In this document: piece after piece, positions 59,861 to 64,000 of the stretch | How positions within the stretch are numbered: the first letter of the stretch is position 1 | How the letters are laid out: each line of letters starts with the position of its first letter | NCBI RefSeq assembly: GCF_035594765.1 | Contig: NC_085846.1 | Span: 9,411,190-9,475,189, forward strand | DNA: 64,000 nt | Source: Anolis carolinensis | Taxonomy: Eukaryota | Direction of reading: 5' to 3' | Program-made: the position numbers and the translations under genes | Notes under the pieces: model-generated | What the model was told of the DNA's origin: nothing | Database searches by the model: none | The model's input: the letters and a program-made list of their open reading frames with translations, nothing else

Positions 59861-61706
59861 ATCAGATGGGGGAGACCTGGGAATGGCAGAATCTAGCTAG
59901 AAAAGGAAAGGGGAAGGGGAAATATAGTGATAAGGGAGGGGGCAGAATTGCTCAATTTAAATCGGCTTGACAGGGAGGGGGTGAATCGGGAAATACTGTG
60001 TGGCTAGCAGGTTTTGTTAGGGTGGAGGATGAAGGAGGTGGAATGCCGATGACAGAGGAATGGGGGTTTAGGGATCGAGAGGTATGCACGGATGCAAGAT
60101 GTGGGTGGGAGGAATGACTCAATCTACAGATGGTTGGGTTCAAGAGGTGCTGTGGTTCAAACCATGGGAGGGGTTGGGATTTGGGGTTAAGGATGTGGTG
60201 GTGGGAAATTCTGGGGCTCCATGAGCCAGTGTGGGGGGAGGCAGCACAGGTGAGTCAACCTGCAAATGGGCCAGGAATATAGGTGTCTTTGAAGGCTGGA
60301 AGTGGGGAGGTACAGGCAGAAAGGATCTGAGAAGGGGGAAAGAGGAGAAAAGAGGCCTAGAGGATTAGGAGGATACTATGAAATAGCTGAGATTTGAAGA
60401 AAAGCATATGACATGGTATATGGCAAAACACACTGTAATAACAACTACAAATGGAAAAAGTGGGTTTTAGTGTGAAGATTATAGGGTGTGGTGGGAGTGT
60501 TAGGAGAAGTCAGGCAGTTGTGTGATAGCATTGGTGGGGTGGTCTGTAGAAAAATATGCTCATGAAAAGGGAGAGAAGGCTGAAGTACCCTGAGGAGAAA
60601 CTGAATGTATGCAGTTGGCAAGTGGAAGAAATGTGAAGAAGTCACTGGAAGCCCCCACGGAGAGTAAGAAGCCAAGAGAGGTGTTAGAAAGGATGGGTGG
60701 GTTGAGTATGCACGGAAAATAGAAGGTTGCATTAGGTAAGAAAGGGGCAACAGGTATGGATAGGTTTTGTTTTGAATTTGTTTTATATACATTTAAACAA
60801 GCCTGCTTAAACTACCAGATTATTTGATAAATGTTTTGGCGATGGTTACAAGCAGCACAGAGTTTATAATGTTTTGGGGCTGATAGTTGAGGTTCCACTT
60901 GTTTTTAATTCTGAAGGCTGTTTTTGGCTCAGATATATTCATTCACTATATGGCAGTAGCTTTCCCTAATTGGACATCAATTGGAGTGTGATCCCCATTA
61001 TCCTTAGCCAGCCTTGACCTTTTAGGACAAGGGCTTCTTTCCGATTTTGTGAATTTTTGCACTTTTTGCTGGGATTTCTGTATACCCCAAAATAAGATCA
61101 GGTCCTACTGTAACACATTGGTAATATGCAGATAACGTGTATTTGGTGACTTCGTTAGCTCATGAAAGGGCCAGGAAGTACCACAGATTGTAAATAACTT
61201 GCATGTTTGGAGGAGAGAAGGTGCATGATACAGTATTCCCCATCACCACTAAAACTACCTCTCATGTCTTTGGGATGTGAATAAAAGATTAGAAAAAGAT
61301 TTCAAAATAGCATAAAACATATGAAATTATAAGTCCCCAGAGTTGTTTTCTGGTTTGTTTTTTCTGATGGGCAAGATGCTTCTGGAAGTGAATCTTGACC
61401 CCCCCCCCCCCCCGATATTTTGACTCGGCTTGAGGATATATTGACCTGTCATATTCATTCCTAGTGTACACTAGAGGAAAATGTGACTCTTACAATTCTG
61501 TTTTGTTCAATAAGGACACTCTAGTCAGTGCTTTCTGTCCTGGAGGACTACTTACTCTCTGTTGTTCTGTGGTTTTTCTTATGAGACGGTTGTTCTGTGA
61601 GCATCCAAGGATTACTTTGGTTCTAGGTTTTCGAAGGAGGAGGATGATATGATTATGATAGTACTGATGATAAAGCAATTTATAGCATATATCTAGCAAA
61701 GAAGCC

Positions 61707-61975
61707 GGAGCCCCCAGATGGCGTAGTGGACTAAGTGACTTGAAGGTTGGGTTGCTGACCTGAAAGCTGCCAGGTTCGAATCCCACCTGGGGAGAGTGTG
61801 GATGAGCTCCCTCTATCAGCTCCAGCTCCATGCGGGGACATGAGAGAAACCTCCCACAAGGATGGTAAAAACATCAAAAACATCCGGGCGTCCCCTGGGC
61901 AACGTCCTTGCAGACGGCCAATTCTCTCACTCCAGAAGCAACTCCGGTTGCTCCTGACACACACACACACACAAA
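61707..61975 (+). mobile_element. tRNA-derived anole SINE (second family)
   Basis: ggagcccccagatggcgtagtgg..ggttcgaatccc; TSD agca(a/t)agaagcc. Confidence 0.85.
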
Positions 61976-61982
61976 AGCATAG

Positions 61983-62323
61983 AAGCCCTTGGTGGTGCAG
62001 TGGGTTAAACCGCTGAGCTGCTGAAATTGCTGGCCGAAAGGTTAGTGGTTTGAATGCGGGGAGCGGGATGAGCTCCTGCTGTTAGCTCCAGCTTCTGCCA
62101 ACCTAGCAGTTCGAAAACATGCAAATGTGAGTAGATTAATAGGTACCACTCCAGCGGGAAAGTAATGGCGCTCCATGCAGTCATTCTGGCCACATGACCT
62201 TGGAGGCATCTACAGACAATGCTGGCTCTTCGACTTAGAAATGGAGATGAGCACACACATACACACACACCCCGAGTCGGACATTATTAGACTTAATGTC
62301 AGGGGAAATCCTTTACCTTTACC
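61983..62323 (+). mobile_element. Sauria SINE (full length)
   Basis: tggtggtgcagtgggttaaacc...cctttacctttacc. Confidence 0.9.
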
Positions 62324-62789
62324 TAGTATATATTATGAATTTGACAAGACGTAGTTAACATTTGGTATGCAAAACTGTATTGGGAAGACACATTGGACAA
62401 TGTCCATGGCAATTCCTGCAGTTGTCAATTAATGGGTGTCCCTTGTGGATTTTTTTTCTCTTCCTAAACTTCTCGCATTCTCTTAGTCTCATAGAAAAGG
62501 TCAGCCTTTCCCCTAGAATCCTCACAAAACTAGACCTGTAGTGTAGACAGTGTATGGCATACTCACCCTAATACAGGGCTGAGCAAAATGCGACTTTCAG
62601 TCTGTATGTACCCCTTAGGCTCCAGTGTATATCCCTGAAGTGCTCCAAAATGTTCCGGATTTTTTTTTTTTGCTGCCAAAGAAATGAAATTTCCCAACTT
62701 ACAGCTGTTTGTGTCCCTTCACACTTCAAAGCCATCTACACCAGAGAGAGGGAAAATCAACCCAAAAGACAATCAAAATTGAAATCATT

Positions 62790-63130
62790 TTGAATTATGG
62801 CAACCCAATGAAATTTCATAAGGTTTTCTTAGGCAAGGAATCCTCAGAAGTGGTTTTGCCAGTCCCTTCCTATTAAATATAGCCCATGGCAGCTGATATT
62901 AATTGGTGGTCTCCTATCCAAGTACTAACCAGGATTAACCCTGCTTAGCTTCCAAGATCAGATGGGATCTGATGACTTTAAGGCAAGCATGGGCAAACTT
63001 TGTCCCTCCAGGTGTTTTGGACTTCAACTCCCACTATTCATAATAGCCTACCGGCTGTTAGGAATTGTGGGAGTTGTAGTCCAAAACACCTGTAGGGCCG
63101 AAGTTTGCCTATGCCTGCTTTAGGGTATCC
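62790..63130 (-). mobile_element. 5S rRNA-derived SINE interrupted by hAT MITE (62984-63117)
   Basis: Minus strand tctgatcttggaagctaagcagggt..ctggttagtacttggataggagaccacc; MITE TSD ctttaagg/ctttaggg. Confidence 0.8.
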
Positions 63131-64000
63131 AGGGAGGATGCTGGACTTTACTTTGTGCCCAAGAAGTGCAAGATCATTATTACTATCTGACCCTTCTTAC
63201 ATTGGATTTCTCACTGAGATTCCATGGGAAAGATGGTTTTAAAAAACTGTGTTGTTGTTGTGAGCCTTCACATTGTTTGTGATTTATGGCAACCCTTTTA
63301 TGGGCTTTTCTTGGCAAAGTTTGTTTGATGTGGATTTGCCATTGCCTTCTGCTGAGGCTGATAGAAGGTGATTTGCCCAAGGTTACCAGTGGGTTTCCAT
63401 TGTTAAGTGGGGATTTGAACCCTGGCTTCCCTGAGCTCTATTCCCATGGTCACACTTCTGCACTTGGCTCTCTTGATTATAATAATGAAAGTTAAACTAC
63501 CTAACAAAACATTACGTCAATTATGTAATTACATAAGCCCAAGAAACATGTTCAGGGATCTGTAGTAGGACAATTGTTTTGTATTCTGAAGACCCTAGCT
63601 ACAGTAGTACTAAATAATATAGTATGCCTTTCTTCATTTAATTTATATGCTGCCTTTCTCCAAGCCTGTTTTGTATCTGGACCCCCCTGGCTACATTGTA
63701 CTTATGTAGAGAATTGGATCATTGGTATCTGCTGGGTTAGGTTCCAAGACCCTGTGGATATCAAAATATGTGAATGCCCAAGTCTTGTTATATGGAGTGG
63801 TATAGTAACATGCTATTCTTTGTATAAGATGGGAAAGTTTGCTCTTGGGAATTTTTTTGGGAATATTTTCAAGTTGGAATCTGTGGATATGGGGCAGTGT
63901 ATCTTATACATTTTTGTCTGGCTCCTTGACAAGTTGAAATAGTCCTCCTCAGGTGAGGTGCCTTAAGAAAGTGATCCAGACTCCCCCATTTTAAGATAAG

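Noticed and set aside
61707-61790. tRNA gene (A/B boxes GGTTCGAATCCC)
   Set aside because: tRNA-derived SINE head; no cloverleaf, continues into SINE body.
62900-62975. 5S rRNA gene (also ~8440-8525)
   Set aside because: Diverged, interrupted by MITEs and fused to a SINE body; not a functional rRNA gene.

Overview
Eukaryotic (squamate reptile, most likely an Anolis lizard, judged from Sauria SINE, Bov-B, CR1, L2, Penelope and hAT/mariner MITE content) genomic DNA with one 186-nt assembly gap. It carries the conserved amniote block SALL2(+, last coding exon) - METTL3(+, 11 exons, 569 aa) - TOX4(-, 9 exons, 622 aa) - RAB2B(+, 8 exons, 215 aa), followed by a CpG-rich promoter and non-coding first exon that synteny suggests belongs to CHD8 (no CHD8 coding sequence in the window). 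All exon boundaries were read from GT-AG sites and the frames close. TOX4 and RAB2B share a bidirectional CpG-island promoter; METTL3 and TOX4 are tail-to-tail. Most listed ORFs are spurious or antisense shadows. The most notable points are a RAB2B altered at normally invariant switch residues, hammerhead-ribozyme-like cores in Penelope remnants, a SALL2 terminal exon lacking the zinc-finger histidines followed by a probable 3'UTR intron, a METTL3 exon junction that recreates a perfect 5' splice site, and hAT MITEs inserted at the same site in two 5S-derived SINEs. I found no clear wholly new system, and no CRISPR, tRNA or rRNA genes.
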